The translations under genes were made by a program, and so were the position numbers. The notes below the pieces were generated by a model, which saw only the letters and a list, made by a program, of their open reading frames with translations, did not search any database and was not told the origin of the DNA. This document shows positions 27,077-37,369 of a DNA stretch of 64,000 bases, piece after piece (position 1 is the first letter of the stretch; every line of letters starts with the position of its first letter). Origin of the DNA: an uncultured Nitrososphaerota archaeon (GTDB taxonomy: Archaea; Thermoproteota; Nitrososphaeria; Nitrososphaerales; Gagatemarchaeaceae); assembly GCA_963703285.1 (NCBI GenBank), contig OY969807.1:1792001-1856000 (forward strand), read 5' to 3'.

Positions 27077-27970
27077 TTGGTTTCCAGGGTCGGTTTCATC
27101 GGCCTGGGGGTGATGGGCGGCAGCATGTCGAAGAACCTCCTGAAGAGCGGCTACCAGGTCATCGTCTACAACCGGAGCCGGCCGGCCGTCGACGAACTGC
27201 TGAGGAGCGGGGCGGTCCAGGCAGCCTCCCCCGAGGAGATGGCCAGGACTTGCCGGATAGTCGTCCTCTCGCTTTCAGAGTCGAAGGCGGTGGAGGAGGT
27301 GGTGCTGGGAGAGAAGGGGCTGGTCCACGGGCTCGCCCCAGGGAGCGTGGTCATCGATACGAGCACCATCGACCTCGATGTCACGATGAAGGTCTCGGCG
27401 GCCCTTAAGGACCTCGGCATCCACTTCCTTGACGCCCCCGTCAGCGGGGGACCCGAAGGGGCGGCGGCCGGTTCGCTCTCGATCATGGTGGGAGGGGACC
27501 GCTCCGCCTTCTCGGAGTGCGAGGATGTTCTCAACAAGGTGGGAAAGCGCGTCTTCTACCTGGGCGGCTCCGGTTCGGGGCTGAAGATGAAGCTCTTCAA
27601 CCAGGCGCTGGTGGGCGTGTACTTCCTCGCGGCGGCGGAGGCGTACCTCTGGTCAGAGAAGCTCGGCGTAGGTCTCGCGGACATCCAGAGGGTGATATCG
27701 GTGAGCTGGGGCGACTCTCCACCCTTCCGCCACTTCGTCTCGGTGCTCGAGTCGGGGGACTTCAAAGGGGGCGCCAAGATCAAGAACTTCAGAAAGGACC
27801 TCTCGATCATCCTCCGGAGCGCCGAGCGCGAAGGCACTCCGATGTCGCTCGCGGAGCTGGTCTACGGGTATCTGGTCAAGGCGTCCGAAATCGGCCTCGA
27901 CGACTACGACATCTCATCGGTCCTGCAGGTGCTCGACGAGGTCAGGCCGGGGCCTGCGGGGTCGTCCTAG
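27077..27970 (+). CDS. NAD(P)-dependent oxidoreductase, 3-hydroxyisobutyrate dehydrogenase family
   Basis: GFIGLGVMG, LDAPVSGG and KLFNQ. Confidence 0.92.
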   Translation: MVSRVGFIGLGVMGGSMSKNLLKSGYQVIVYNRSRPAVDELLRSGAVQAASPEEMARTCRIVVLSLSESKAVEEVVLGEKGLVHGLAPGSVVIDTSTIDLDVTMKVSAALKDLGIHFLDAPVSGGPEGAAAGSLSIMVGGDRSAFSECEDVLNKVGKRVFYLGGSGSGLKMKLFNQALVGVYFLAAAEAYLWSEKLGVGLADIQRVISVSWGDSPPFRHFVSVLESGDFKGGAKIKNFRKDLSIILRSAEREGTPMSLAELVYGYLVKASEIGLDDYDISSVLQVLDEVRPGPAGSS

Positions 27971-28301
27971 CGCGGCCCTTGTCCTGGAGGATCTCCCCGA
28001 AGACCCTCTGGAAGTAGTCCATCGACTTGGCGAGGTTCGAGCGTCCGCTGTCCGTGATATCGTATACGATTGTCCGGCCCTCGACGTGACCCTTGATCAG
28101 ACCGCGGTTGACGAGCTCCTTGAGCGCGGGATAGATGGTCCCCGGGTTCGGCTTGTCGCCCTTCTTCTTTCCTATCTCGCCGGCGAGCGTCTGTCCGTTC
28201 ATGGGCTGGTTCGAGAGCATCCACAATATCGTGAAAGAAAGCATCCCCCTCATATCGCACATGCCGGAGTCTGCAGAATCCTCTTTCGACACCTGGAGCA
28301 C
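27942..28301 (-). CDS. PadR family regulator
   Basis: PMNG, PGTIYPALKEL and YDITDSG. Confidence 0.9.
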   Translation of the reverse strand: MLQVSKEDSADSGMCDMRGMLSFTILWMLSNQPMNGQTLAGEIGKKKGDKPNPGTIYPALKELVNRGLIKGHVEGRTIVYDITDSGRSNLAKSMDYFQRVFGEILQDKGRARTTPQAPA

Positions 28302-28335
28302 CCATCCTGTTACGAAAGCTCAAAATATAAAAACA

Positions 28336-28373
28336 TATTGGACATACGATAGATTTTTATTGGACCTCCAATA
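28336..28373. promoter_or_regulatory. tandem palindromic operator (TATTGGA-cc-TCCAATA plus a degenerate copy 22 bp upstream)
   Basis: Perfect palindrome at 28358-28373 between divergent padR and VOC genes. Confidence 0.65.
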
Positions 28374-28388
28374 CGAGAGCCCATCAAG

Positions 28389-29330
28389 TTGACCGCCACC
28401 GTTGCCGAGGGTAACGAGACACGAAGGGGCCCGCTCACCGGCCTGAGCCTGGGACCCCCCACCCTGAGGGTTAGAGACCTGGACCGCATCCTCGGCTTCT
28501 ACGTGAAGGACGTGGGCCTTCGTGCGAAGGGAAGGGGCTTGGACCCGAGCGGCCTCGAGATCGTACGCCTTGGCTTCGAGCAGAAGGAGGATACGCTCCT
28601 GGTGATAAGGCACGACCCTTCTGCCATGAGGCCTCCCCACGACGCAGCGGGCCTCTACCACTACGCGGTCCTCCTCCCCAGCAGGAAGGACCTCGCCTCG
28701 ACCTTCCTCGCGGTCGGGGAGGCCGGCGTCTCCTACGAGGGTTACGCCGACCACACCTTCAGCGAGGCTATCTACCTCCACGACACAGAGCAGAACGGCA
28801 TCGAGTTCTACGCGGACAGACCCCGAGAAGCCTGGCCCAAATGGAGCGAGCTGCGGGGCGGTGTCGGCCAGAGGCGGTTCGCGTCCATGAACTGCCCCCT
28901 CGACCTCGATTCGCTGTTGAGAGAGCTCTCCAGCGGGGAGAGGACCAGACCTTCCCCGTTTCCCAACGGGGCGAGGTTGGGGCACATGCACCTCCGCGTC
29001 ACAGACCTGGAGAGGTCTGTCGAGTTCTACCGCTCCAGGCTCGGATTCGACGTCACGATGTACTTCCCGGAGATTGGAGCCGCCTTCCTCTCGGCAGACG
29101 GCTACCACCACCACCTCGGCCTCAACACCTGGCACAGCAGGGGAGGGCCTTCCCGCTCGGACGGAGAGGCCGGGCTCGACGGGTTCACCATCAGGCTCCC
29201 CACGAGGGCGGACGTCAAGGCCATCTCCGAGAGGTTCCCGGAGCTCGCTCCCGGGGAGGACGTCTTCACCGTCGCCGACCCTGATGGAATAACCATCAGG
29301 CTCGAATCCCTAGATTCGCGCACCGGTTAA
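28389..29330 (+). CDS. VOC-family protein (catechol 2,3-dioxygenase/CatE-like)
   Basis: GLYHYAVLLP, ADHTFSEAIYL, GHMHLRV and GYHHHLGLNTW. Confidence 0.9.
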   Translation: MTATVAEGNETRRGPLTGLSLGPPTLRVRDLDRILGFYVKDVGLRAKGRGLDPSGLEIVRLGFEQKEDTLLVIRHDPSAMRPPHDAAGLYHYAVLLPSRKDLASTFLAVGEAGVSYEGYADHTFSEAIYLHDTEQNGIEFYADRPREAWPKWSELRGGVGQRRFASMNCPLDLDSLLRELSSGERTRPSPFPNGARLGHMHLRVTDLERSVEFYRSRLGFDVTMYFPEIGAAFLSADGYHHHLGLNTWHSRGGPSRSDGEAGLDGFTIRLPTRADVKAISERFPELAPGEDVFTVADPDGITIRLESLDSRTG

Positions 29331-29368
29331 CTTCTTAGGGCAGACCCGGCGCCGGAGCGGAGCGTGTC

Positions 29369-30109
29369 ATGACGAGCGGCATCGGCATAGCGAACCTCAC
29401 GAAGACCTACGGCCAGCTCGTCGCCCTGAACGACGTCTCCCTAGAGGTGCATTCAGGCGAGGTCATAGGGCTGTTGGGACCGAACGGCGCCGGCAAGAGC
29501 ACCCTCATGAAGATCGTCGTAGGAATCCTCAAGCCCACGAGCGGCACCGTTAGCGTGGGCGGCTACGACATCGTGAAGGACCCCGAGAAGGCGAAGAAGG
29601 CCGTGGGGTACCTCCCGGAGAACCCATCCCTCTACACAGGACTCACAGTCAGCGAGTTCCTAAGGTTCATGGGGAAGATCAGGGGTGTGCCCGACGCCTC
29701 CCTGGAGGAGAAGATAGCGGGCTCGCTGAGGACGTTCTCGCTCGAGGACAAGGTCAACGCCCTGCTCGGGTCGCTTTCAAAGGGGATGAAGCAGAAGGTC
29801 GCGCTGACGGCCGCTGCGATCCACGATCCTCAGGTGCTCGTCCTGGACGAGCCTCTCACCGCCCTCGATCCGAAGACGCAGATCTTCGTCAACAACTGGA
29901 TCCTGTCCCAGGGGAAGGAGGGCAAAACGGTGCTACTGTCCACTCACAACCTCGAGATAGTCCAGTACTACGCGACCCAGATTGCCATAATAGACAAGGG
30001 CTCGATAATCGCCGTGGGGGACCTCCAGACGCTGAGGAAGCTGGCCGATGCCGGCAAGGACGCGAGGCTGGACGAGGTCTTCCTGAAGCTGACAGAGGAG
30101 TCGGCCTGA
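29369..30109 (+). CDS. ABC transporter ATP-binding protein
   Basis: GPNGAGKS, LSKGMKQK and DEP. Confidence 0.95.
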   Translation: MTSGIGIANLTKTYGQLVALNDVSLEVHSGEVIGLLGPNGAGKSTLMKIVVGILKPTSGTVSVGGYDIVKDPEKAKKAVGYLPENPSLYTGLTVSEFLRFMGKIRGVPDASLEEKIAGSLRTFSLEDKVNALLGSLSKGMKQKVALTAAAIHDPQVLVLDEPLTALDPKTQIFVNNWILSQGKEGKTVLLSTHNLEIVQYYATQIAIIDKGSIIAVGDLQTLRKLADAGKDARLDEVFLKLTEESA

Positions 30110-30124
30110 GCGAGGGGGCATGTC

Positions 30125-31726
30125 GTGAAGCTTTCGGGACCGTGGACGACCGTCCACCTCCTGGTCCGGTACTGGATCAAGGGGAGGTTCACGAAGGCGG
30201 CCACCCTCGCAATCCTCCTCGGGGAGGGCTTCTCGGTGATAGCGGTGCTCTTCGTGGGCTCGACCTTCCTCTCCTTCTCGAACAGGTTCGGTCTGGGCGA
30301 AGGCCTCTCCGACGCCGGACTGAGCCTGCTCCTGGCCCTCTTCCTCGTCGGCCTGATACAGAGCGGCTTCAACGGGAGCGGCCTGCCGGTGAGGTCGGCT
30401 GACGTGGACTACGTATTCACCTCTCCCATCAGGCCGCGGGAGGTCTTCGCCGCCAAGGTTCTGATGAACTCCTTGACGACGGTCCTGCTATCCTTCCCGC
30501 CCGTACTGGCGCTGTACTTCAGGTTCGCGCTCTCGTACGGGACCTCTCTCGCTGACGCCGTCCTTGCGGGGATCGTGACGCTGATCTTCCTCGTGCTGGG
30601 ACTTCTCCTCAGCGCGGACATCACCCTCTCGCTCGGGTCCAGCATCGCGCCGCGGATCAGGTTCCTGAGGAACGGGCTCGTGGTCCTCATAGTCGCCATC
30701 AGCCTGATCCCGGTGACGCTCCTGATTCCGGGGGTCCCGCCCGCCTTCGGCGAACTGACGCAGGCGCTCCCCAGCGGGCTCGCGGCCGCCCTCAGCGTCG
30801 GGCTGGTGAGCGGGGCCGCCTTTGGTCCCGTCCAGGTCCTGGACCTGCTCCTGCTCCTCTCGTGGTTCGCCGCGTTCCTCTTCCTCGGCCTCCGGATGTC
30901 GAGGACGCACTTCTACGAGGTCCTCCAGGTCATGGACTCGGAAGGGTCCGCGGGTGAGCTCGGCAAGGCGACCGGCCGACTCGAGACCGTGGGCAGGTCC
31001 GTCTGGGCGGTCGTCAGGATGAAGGAGAGGCTGCTGATGATGAGGACGAAGGAGAGGAGGGCCCTCCTCATCAACGGGCTGTTCCTCTCCGGTTTCATGA
31101 TCATCTACTCGCTCTCCGGGGTGTTCCAGTCCTCGCCGACGTCGTTCCTCTTCATCCTCTTCATAATAGGGTCGTTCGGCGCAGGCAGCGCGACCAGGTG
31201 GCTGGAGAAGGAGAGGCTCTGGATCATAAAGACGTCCAGCCTGGACCTGAGGGGATACATCAAGCAGGTCTACCGGGCGCGGGTGGCTCCCCTCCTGCTC
31301 GTCCTGACGCCCGTCACCGTCGCCGTGGGTGTCCCGCTCATACTCAGCGACGTCGGAAGGGGAACGTTGCTGGGTATCATACTGTCCCTTCCCGGGGCGC
31401 TCGAGGTCGCCGCCATAACGATGGCCGGGGCCATGTACTTCGCCTCGAGGTACGGGCAGAGCTCGACAGACGACATACTCTCCGCCCAGGCGCAGGACCT
31501 CACCGACATCAGGCGCTTCCTCTACCAGACGGCCATCAACCTTGCCCTCGTCGCGCCCGTCATGGCCCTGGTCGTCAGCGCCGAGTTCTGGCTGGACCTG
31601 TTCACCCGGTCTCTCGATTCGCTCGCGGTCGTCCTGGCCGCGGTTTCCGTGGTCTACACGGCCGCGATCCTGCTCTTGGTCCTGAACGCGGCCGGCGACT
31701 CGATCAGGAAGAGGGAGGACCTCTAG
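30125..31726 (+). CDS. putative ABC exporter permease
   Basis: ~12 hydrophobic segments; follows an ABC ATPase. Confidence 0.75.
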   Translation: MKLSGPWTTVHLLVRYWIKGRFTKAATLAILLGEGFSVIAVLFVGSTFLSFSNRFGLGEGLSDAGLSLLLALFLVGLIQSGFNGSGLPVRSADVDYVFTSPIRPREVFAAKVLMNSLTTVLLSFPPVLALYFRFALSYGTSLADAVLAGIVTLIFLVLGLLLSADITLSLGSSIAPRIRFLRNGLVVLIVAISLIPVTLLIPGVPPAFGELTQALPSGLAAALSVGLVSGAAFGPVQVLDLLLLLSWFAAFLFLGLRMSRTHFYEVLQVMDSEGSAGELGKATGRLETVGRSVWAVVRMKERLLMMRTKERRALLINGLFLSGFMIIYSLSGVFQSSPTSFLFILFIIGSFGAGSATRWLEKERLWIIKTSSLDLRGYIKQVYRARVAPLLLVLTPVTVAVGVPLILSDVGRGTLLGIILSLPGALEVAAITMAGAMYFASRYGQSSTDDILSAQAQDLTDIRRFLYQTAINLALVAPVMALVVSAEFWLDLFTRSLDSLAVVLAAVSVVYTAAILLLVLNAAGDSIRKREDL

Positions 31727-31747
31727 GGCGCGGGCCGTACCCCGCCC

Positions 31748-32789
31748 TCAGCGGTAGCGCACCTCGAACAGGCCTCCGCCCTTCCTCTCCACGAACTCGA
31801 GGAAGGGGATGCTGACAAGCGTCTCCTGCCTCGTCATCACGCGGAAGCGGTAGCGCTTGTTGAAGTGCCCGAGCGCTCGTCCCTCCCTCCCCATCCTCTC
31901 GACGAAGACCCGATGGTCGGACACCCTCCGCGCGTTGAAGGAGTTCGAGCTCTCCACCGCGGCCATCACCCGCCTGTCCAGGAGCTCCCCGAGGCGCGGG
32001 TCCAGCTCTATCCCCACGCTGTCCCTGCCCGAGGCCATCGCCGCGATCATCGTGGTCCCCGTGCCAAGGAAGGGGTCCAGCACGAGCTCTCCCTGGATGG
32101 AGAACATCGAAATCAGCCTGTAGGGGAATTCGAAGGGGAAGGACGCCTTCCGTCCTCGAGCGTCCTCCGGCCCGAGCCTCTGCCTCTCCCCCTGGAGATT
32201 CTCCCACATATCGGAGAACCAGGCGTTGCGCTCTTCCCAGAAGAACGCGCTCTTCTGCCTCACGAGTCGCTGGCTAGGTGTCGTGGGGGGCCTCCTCCCG
32301 CGCTTCCGGAGAATGAGGACGTACTCATGCTCCTGGGTGACGTAGGCCGCCCCCGGGAGCATCCCTGAGCCCATGAACTTCGTCGGCTTGTTGGACTCCT
32401 TCCTCCACAGTATCTCGGGGAGGACCTCGAACCCCAGGCCGAGGCAGGCCGTCAGCACCCTCGCGTGATTCGGGAACACCCTGAACGAACCACCGACCCT
32501 GCCGCGTCGCGTCACCGACGTTGATGCAGGCGATGCCCCCGGGGCGGAGCAGGCGGTGGATCTCCTTCCACACCGGGTCCATCTGCGCGTGCATCAGCTC
32601 GAACGCCCCTTCGCCGTCCCCGTCTCCGAGGAGCCCGGCCACGCGCCCATCCAGACGGGAGAACGTCTCGTCCCACATCTCGATCATCGGGTATGGCGGC
32701 GAGGTAACCACGAGGTCGACGCTGGCCGGGGCCATCCCGGCGAGTACCTGCCTGGCGTCCCCGTAGAGGACCGAGTGGGATGTCTTCAA
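31748..32789 (-). CDS. site-specific DNA methyltransferase (N4-C/N6-A, beta class), frameshifted at ~32503
   Basis: VVTSPPY in the 5' frame; VLDPFLGTGTT in the 3' frame; one extra G separates them. Confidence 0.88.
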
Positions 32790-32914
32790 CCCCCGGTGCG
32801 CACCGTTCACGAGATATAACCGAGCGCCCGCGGGAGAGGGAAGACTCACATCGGGTGATTACCTCAGGTGAGCCGTCCTTTTATCCCCAAGCTCCGTCCG
32901 CTCGGGCAGTTAGA

Positions 32915-33913
32915 ATGACCAAGATGATCGAGGCGGAGAACCTGACGAAGGTGTACAAGGGAAAGGTCAAGGCCGTCGACCATATCTCCTTCACAGTCGA
33001 GGAGGGAGAGATCTTCGGGTTCCTGGGGCCGAACGGCGCAGGCAAGACCACGACCATCAAGATGCTCAACACCCTGGCGACCATCACCGAGGGCAGGGCC
33101 AGCGTCGCCGGGCACGACGTCAGCAGGGAGCAGGGGGCCACCAGGGACAGCATCGGCGTGGTGCCCCAGGAGCTGACCGCCGACGACGAGCTGAACGGAG
33201 AGGAGAACCTGATGCTCGCGGCGAGGCTTCATCACGTCGGGAGAGATGCGGCGCGCCTGAGGACCCAGGAGCTCCTCAAGCTCGTCGACCTCGACCAGGC
33301 GGCCCGGCGGAAGGTGAAGACCTACTCTGGCGGCATGAGGAGGCGCCTGCAGCTAGCGATGGGGCTCGTCCACATGCCGAAGGTCCTCTTCCTCGACGAG
33401 CCCACCCTCGGGCTCGACATACAGACGAGGAAGAAGATGTGGGACTACATCTCCAGGCTCAATCGCGAGCGCGGGCTCACGGTGTTCATGACGACCCACT
33501 ACCTCGAGGAGGCGGACTCCCTCTGCAACAGGATAGCGATCATCGACCAGGGTACGATCAAGGTGTCGGGCTCGCCGGCGGAGCTCAAGGAGAAGGTCGG
33601 GGGAGACATCCTCACCCTCGAGCTCAGCGAGAACGCCCCCGACCTGACCGAGTTCTTCAGGTCGGTCCCCGAGGTTATCGAGGTCATAAAGTCGGACCAG
33701 ACTTACCGGATCAAGCTTCCGAAGACGGAGAAGGCCCTCCCGGCGATCGTCGAGGGCGTGGTCAAGAGGGACGTCCAGATCATCGAGATATCGTTCACCA
33801 AGCCCACCCTCGACCAGGTGTTCCTGGAGGTCACGGGCAAGTCGATGCGGGACGAGGACGCGTCTGAGAGCGACTCCCTGCTTCAGAACGTGATGATGGA
33901 GAGGGCGAGGTAG
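32915..33913 (+). CDS. ABC transporter ATP-binding protein (DrrA-like)
   Basis: GPNGAGKT, YSGGMRRR and DEPTLGLD. Confidence 0.95.
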   Translation: MTKMIEAENLTKVYKGKVKAVDHISFTVEEGEIFGFLGPNGAGKTTTIKMLNTLATITEGRASVAGHDVSREQGATRDSIGVVPQELTADDELNGEENLMLAARLHHVGRDAARLRTQELLKLVDLDQAARRKVKTYSGGMRRRLQLAMGLVHMPKVLFLDEPTLGLDIQTRKKMWDYISRLNRERGLTVFMTTHYLEEADSLCNRIAIIDQGTIKVSGSPAELKEKVGGDILTLELSENAPDLTEFFRSVPEVIEVIKSDQTYRIKLPKTEKALPAIVEGVVKRDVQIIEISFTKPTLDQVFLEVTGKSMRDEDASESDSLLQNVMMERAR

Positions 33914-33919
33914 ACCGCG

Positions 33920-34783
33920 ATGTTCGACGAGACACTAGCGCTCACGACCAGGGCGCTCAAGAAGTGGATCAGGAATCCCGCAGCCGTCCTGCCCGCGCTC
34001 TTCACCTCTCTCTTCTACCTCGTCCTGTTTGGGAACTCCTTCAACCCGACCAACCTCTTCACCTCCGGGCTGAGCAGCAGCGGAATCCCTCCCTCGGTGG
34101 TAGCTCAGATCAAGGCGACCATCCTCCAGCAGACCTTCGGGGGCGCCGCGACCTACATCACCTACCTGACCGCCGGCGTCATATGCCTCATCCTCGTCTT
34201 CAACATGGCCTTCGGCGGCATCGACCTCGTCCTAGACAGGCAGCTGGGCTACCTCAACACCCTCCTCACCTCCCCGATACCGAGGGCGGCGATCTACTTC
34301 TCGGGGGTTCTCCAGAACCTAGTGAAGGTCATGTTCATGGCCCTGCTGACCTTCCTCATAGCGCTGGTGATTCCAAACGGGCTCGAGCTGCAGTCCGGGT
34401 TTGGTCCCCTCAACTTCATCGGCATCTTCGCCGCCTTCGCGCTCCTGGGATTCGGCCTGTCGTGCGTCTTCACTGCCCTCGCGCTCTCAGTCAGGAGCAT
34501 CGACTCCCTGGTCGCGATAGTCAACTTCCTGACGCTGCCGCTGATATTCATGAGCAACGCCCTCTTCCCGTCAGAGACGTTCCCGAGCTGGCTCAAGGCG
34601 ATAGCGAGCGCGAACCCGATATCAACGACCGACGAGGCGGCGAGGCTGCTCATAGTGAACGGGAGCCTGACCAGCGCGCAGATCTCGACCTTCGCTGGCG
34701 ACATGCTCTATCTTGCGGTCGTCGCGGTGGGGCTCACCGTAGTCGGCTACCTCGCCGCGAGAAAGGCGCTGAGTGCCGAGTGA
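33920..34783 (+). CDS. ABC-2 type permease
   Basis: DRQLGYL..LLTSP, LPLIFMSNALFP and ANPIS. Confidence 0.92.
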   Translation: MFDETLALTTRALKKWIRNPAAVLPALFTSLFYLVLFGNSFNPTNLFTSGLSSSGIPPSVVAQIKATILQQTFGGAATYITYLTAGVICLILVFNMAFGGIDLVLDRQLGYLNTLLTSPIPRAAIYFSGVLQNLVKVMFMALLTFLIALVIPNGLELQSGFGPLNFIGIFAAFALLGFGLSCVFTALALSVRSIDSLVAIVNFLTLPLIFMSNALFPSETFPSWLKAIASANPISTTDEAARLLIVNGSLTSAQISTFAGDMLYLAVVAVGLTVVGYLAARKALSAE

Positions 34784-34880
34784 GCGCGCTCACGTCATGA
34801 ACCTTGCCGCGCTCGAAGCCGCCGTAGGCGGTCTGACCTCCGGGCATCGAATAAATAGACCGCGAGCAGCGAAATTGCCC

Positions 34881-35903
34881 GTGCCCCAGAAGAAGAAGAT
34901 TGTAGCGACAGACATGGTGGTCCCCGAGCCGATCAAGAGGAGGGTGGAGTCATCGGCCGGAGGAAGCTACTCCCTGCGCCACATCGACAGCCTAGACGAC
35001 ACGGTGAAGAACGACGTCGAGGTGCTGGTGATGCTTCGAAGCGCCAGCGTGACGAAAGCTCTCTTCCGGGAGATGCCTAACGTCAGGCTGGTCCAGTCGA
35101 TGTCGGCGGGGGTGGATTTCATCGACTTCACGGCCGTCCCCCCGGACGTCACCGTCTGCTCTAACGCCGGCGCCTTCAAGGACCCCATAGCCGAGCACGT
35201 CTTCGCCATGGTCCTATGCTTCGCGAAGAACCTGTCCCGCAACCACGAGCGGCTGCGCCGGGGGCTCTTCGAGAGCTCCGCCGACGGGCTGTTCCTGGGG
35301 AACAAGACCATCGGGGTAGTCGGCGCCGGGGGCATCGGCCAGTCCGTGGCGAGGGTCGCGAGGGGCTTCAACATGAGGACGGTGGGGATCAACACGACAG
35401 GTCGCCCCGTCGAGGGTTTTGACGCCGTGTGGAAGATGGACCGGCTCGACGACCTCCTAAGGCAGGCGGACGTCGTCGTGATTTCGCTCCCGCTGACCGT
35501 ACGCACGAGGAACCTCATCGACGCCGGGAGGCTCTCCGCGATGAAGGAGGACTGTATCCTCGTCAACGTCGCCCGCGGGGCGATAATCGCCCAGGACGCC
35601 CTCTACTCGCACCTCAAGTCCCACCCCAGCTTCAGGGCCGGCATCGACGTCTGGTGGAGGTACCCGAAGGAGGGGGAGAAGTTCTCCCTCGACTTCCCGT
35701 TCTTCGACCTTCCAAACTTCCTCGCGTCGCCACACAACGCGGACGGTGTCCCCGAGGCGCTCCCCCTCGGCCAGGAACACGCGTTCCGAAACGTGATCGC
35801 GTACCTCGACGGAGGCGCGCTCGAGAGGAAGGTCGACAGGGGCGACTACCTCGGCCTGCCACCGCGGACGAGCGCCAGGGCTTCCAAATTCCGGAGGGTA
35901 TGA
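34881..35903 (+). CDS. D-isomer-specific 2-hydroxyacid dehydrogenase
   Basis: GAGGIG, VNVARG, GIDVW and SPHNA. Confidence 0.92.
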   Translation: MPQKKKIVATDMVVPEPIKRRVESSAGGSYSLRHIDSLDDTVKNDVEVLVMLRSASVTKALFREMPNVRLVQSMSAGVDFIDFTAVPPDVTVCSNAGAFKDPIAEHVFAMVLCFAKNLSRNHERLRRGLFESSADGLFLGNKTIGVVGAGGIGQSVARVARGFNMRTVGINTTGRPVEGFDAVWKMDRLDDLLRQADVVVISLPLTVRTRNLIDAGRLSAMKEDCILVNVARGAIIAQDALYSHLKSHPSFRAGIDVWWRYPKEGEKFSLDFPFFDLPNFLASPHNADGVPEALPLGQEHAFRNVIAYLDGGALERKVDRGDYLGLPPRTSARASKFRRV

Positions 35904-35909
35904 CCGGCG

Positions 35910-36383
35910 ATGGAGGAGGAGATGAACAGGCTCCTCGACCTGTTCAAGAAGGAGGGGGTGGAGTTCCAGCTCTACGAGCACGAGCCCGTCTACACGTCCG
36001 TGGAAGCCTCGAAGGTGAGGGGCGTGGAGCTTAGGTCCGGGGTGAAGGCCCTGGTGTTGAAGTCGGACGACGGGAACTACCTGCTGGCAGACCTCGCGGC
36101 CGACCGCAAGGCCGACATCAAGAAGCTGCAGAAGGTCGCAGGCGTCGGGAAGCTGCACTTCGCCTCGAGGGAGGAGGTCATCTCCGTCACGGGATGCGAG
36201 CCGGGGTCTGTCCACCCGTTCGGCGTCCTCTTCGGCCTCCCGACGTACCTCGATCCTTCCGTCCTCGAGAACGAGCACGTCAACTTCAACATCGGCCTGC
36301 TGACGAAGAGCGTCCGCATCCGCAGGGAGGACCTGATGAGGCTCCTGGGTGCCGTCCTGGCCGACTTCGCGAAGAGCGCCTAA
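35910..36383 (+). CDS. YbaK/ProX-type aminoacyl-tRNA deacylase
   Basis: HEPVYT, VKALVLK, GCEPGSVHPF and NFNIG. Confidence 0.9.
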   Translation: MEEEMNRLLDLFKKEGVEFQLYEHEPVYTSVEASKVRGVELRSGVKALVLKSDDGNYLLADLAADRKADIKKLQKVAGVGKLHFASREEVISVTGCEPGSVHPFGVLFGLPTYLDPSVLENEHVNFNIGLLTKSVRIRREDLMRLLGAVLADFAKSA

Positions 36384-36433
36384 CATAGCAAGAGCATTAA
36401 CCATCCGTTCTGGCCTCGGCGTCAGGCGTAAGA

Positions 36434-36880
36434 TTGGAGTCCAGGCCGTCCTATCGGATCAGGGAGTGCGTCGAGAAGGATTTAGTCGACGTCCTGAAGA
36501 TAGAGAACGAATCGTTCACGGACCCGTACGACATGGAGATCTTCTCGCAACTCCTCAGGTCGGAACCGGAGGGATTCTTAGTGGCCGATGGCGGCGGCAT
36601 ACTCGGATACGTCGCTGCCTCGGCGAGGTACGGGCTCATCCTCTCCCTTGCGATCTCCCCGAGCCACAGGAGGAAGGGAATTGGCGCGGCTCTCTTGGAC
36701 TCCGTGCTCCGCTACCTCCGGGGGCGCACGAGCAGGGTCACGTTGCAGGTCCGCGTCGGCAACTCGGCGGCGATAGCCCTCTACCGGCGATTCTCCTTCA
36801 GGGAAGAGGGAAGGCTGAGGAGATACTATCCCGACGGCGAGGACGCCCTCGTGATGTCCTCCGACCTCAGACGCAAGTGA
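36434..36880 (+). CDS. rimI: RimI-like GNAT N-acetyltransferase
   Basis: HRRKGIG, LQVRVGN..AIALY and YYPDGEDA. Confidence 0.85.
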   Translation: MESRPSYRIRECVEKDLVDVLKIENESFTDPYDMEIFSQLLRSEPEGFLVADGGGILGYVAASARYGLILSLAISPSHRRKGIGAALLDSVLRYLRGRTSRVTLQVRVGNSAAIALYRRFSFREEGRLRRYYPDGEDALVMSSDLRRK

Positions 36881-36889
36881 GTTCTCTGC

Positions 36890-37153
36890 TCACGCGTCTG
36901 TGGACGCCGGGGGAGGTATGAGGTCAGGCGACTGGCCTGAAGTCTGCGTCCCAGACGTCGCGGGGTTTTCGTTCAGCTGTCTCTGGAGCCTCTTCGACTT
37001 GTTGTAGTAGTACCAGAACATGTAGAAGATCACTGTGGCGAAGATTATCTCGAAGATCGTGTCGACGAGTATAAGCGAGACGAAGAACGCCAGTACGACC
37101 AAAAGTACCGTCCTCATGGTGTCCATCAGCCCAGATGTGTTGCTCATTCCCAT
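36890..37153 (-). CDS. small membrane protein
   Basis: Two hydrophobic segments and a polar tail. Confidence 0.6.
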   Translation of the reverse strand: MGMSNTSGLMDTMRTVLLVVLAFFVSLILVDTIFEIIFATVIFYMFWYYYNKSKRLQRQLNENPATSGTQTSGQSPDLIPPPASTDA

Positions 37154-37369
37154 GCCGATCCCTTGCCGTCCGCCGATGCTCCCTACTCCGTGTTAAGTCT
37201 TGGGGTTGGTCGTGCCTTCCACGCCGTACGACGCGAAGGGCCTCCTTACCTCCCCGATGAGGGACGAGGATTCTAGCCGCCATCCGCAAGGTCGCACATC
37301 ACCGAGGCCGAACGATACCCAGAAGCAACCCAAACTATTTACCACCCACATCGCGCAAGTCCCAACAGC

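Noticed and set aside
37154-37369. Possible structured ncRNA in a 200-nt intergenic gap
   Set aside because: No tRNA cloverleaf or complete C/D box set could be supported by eye.
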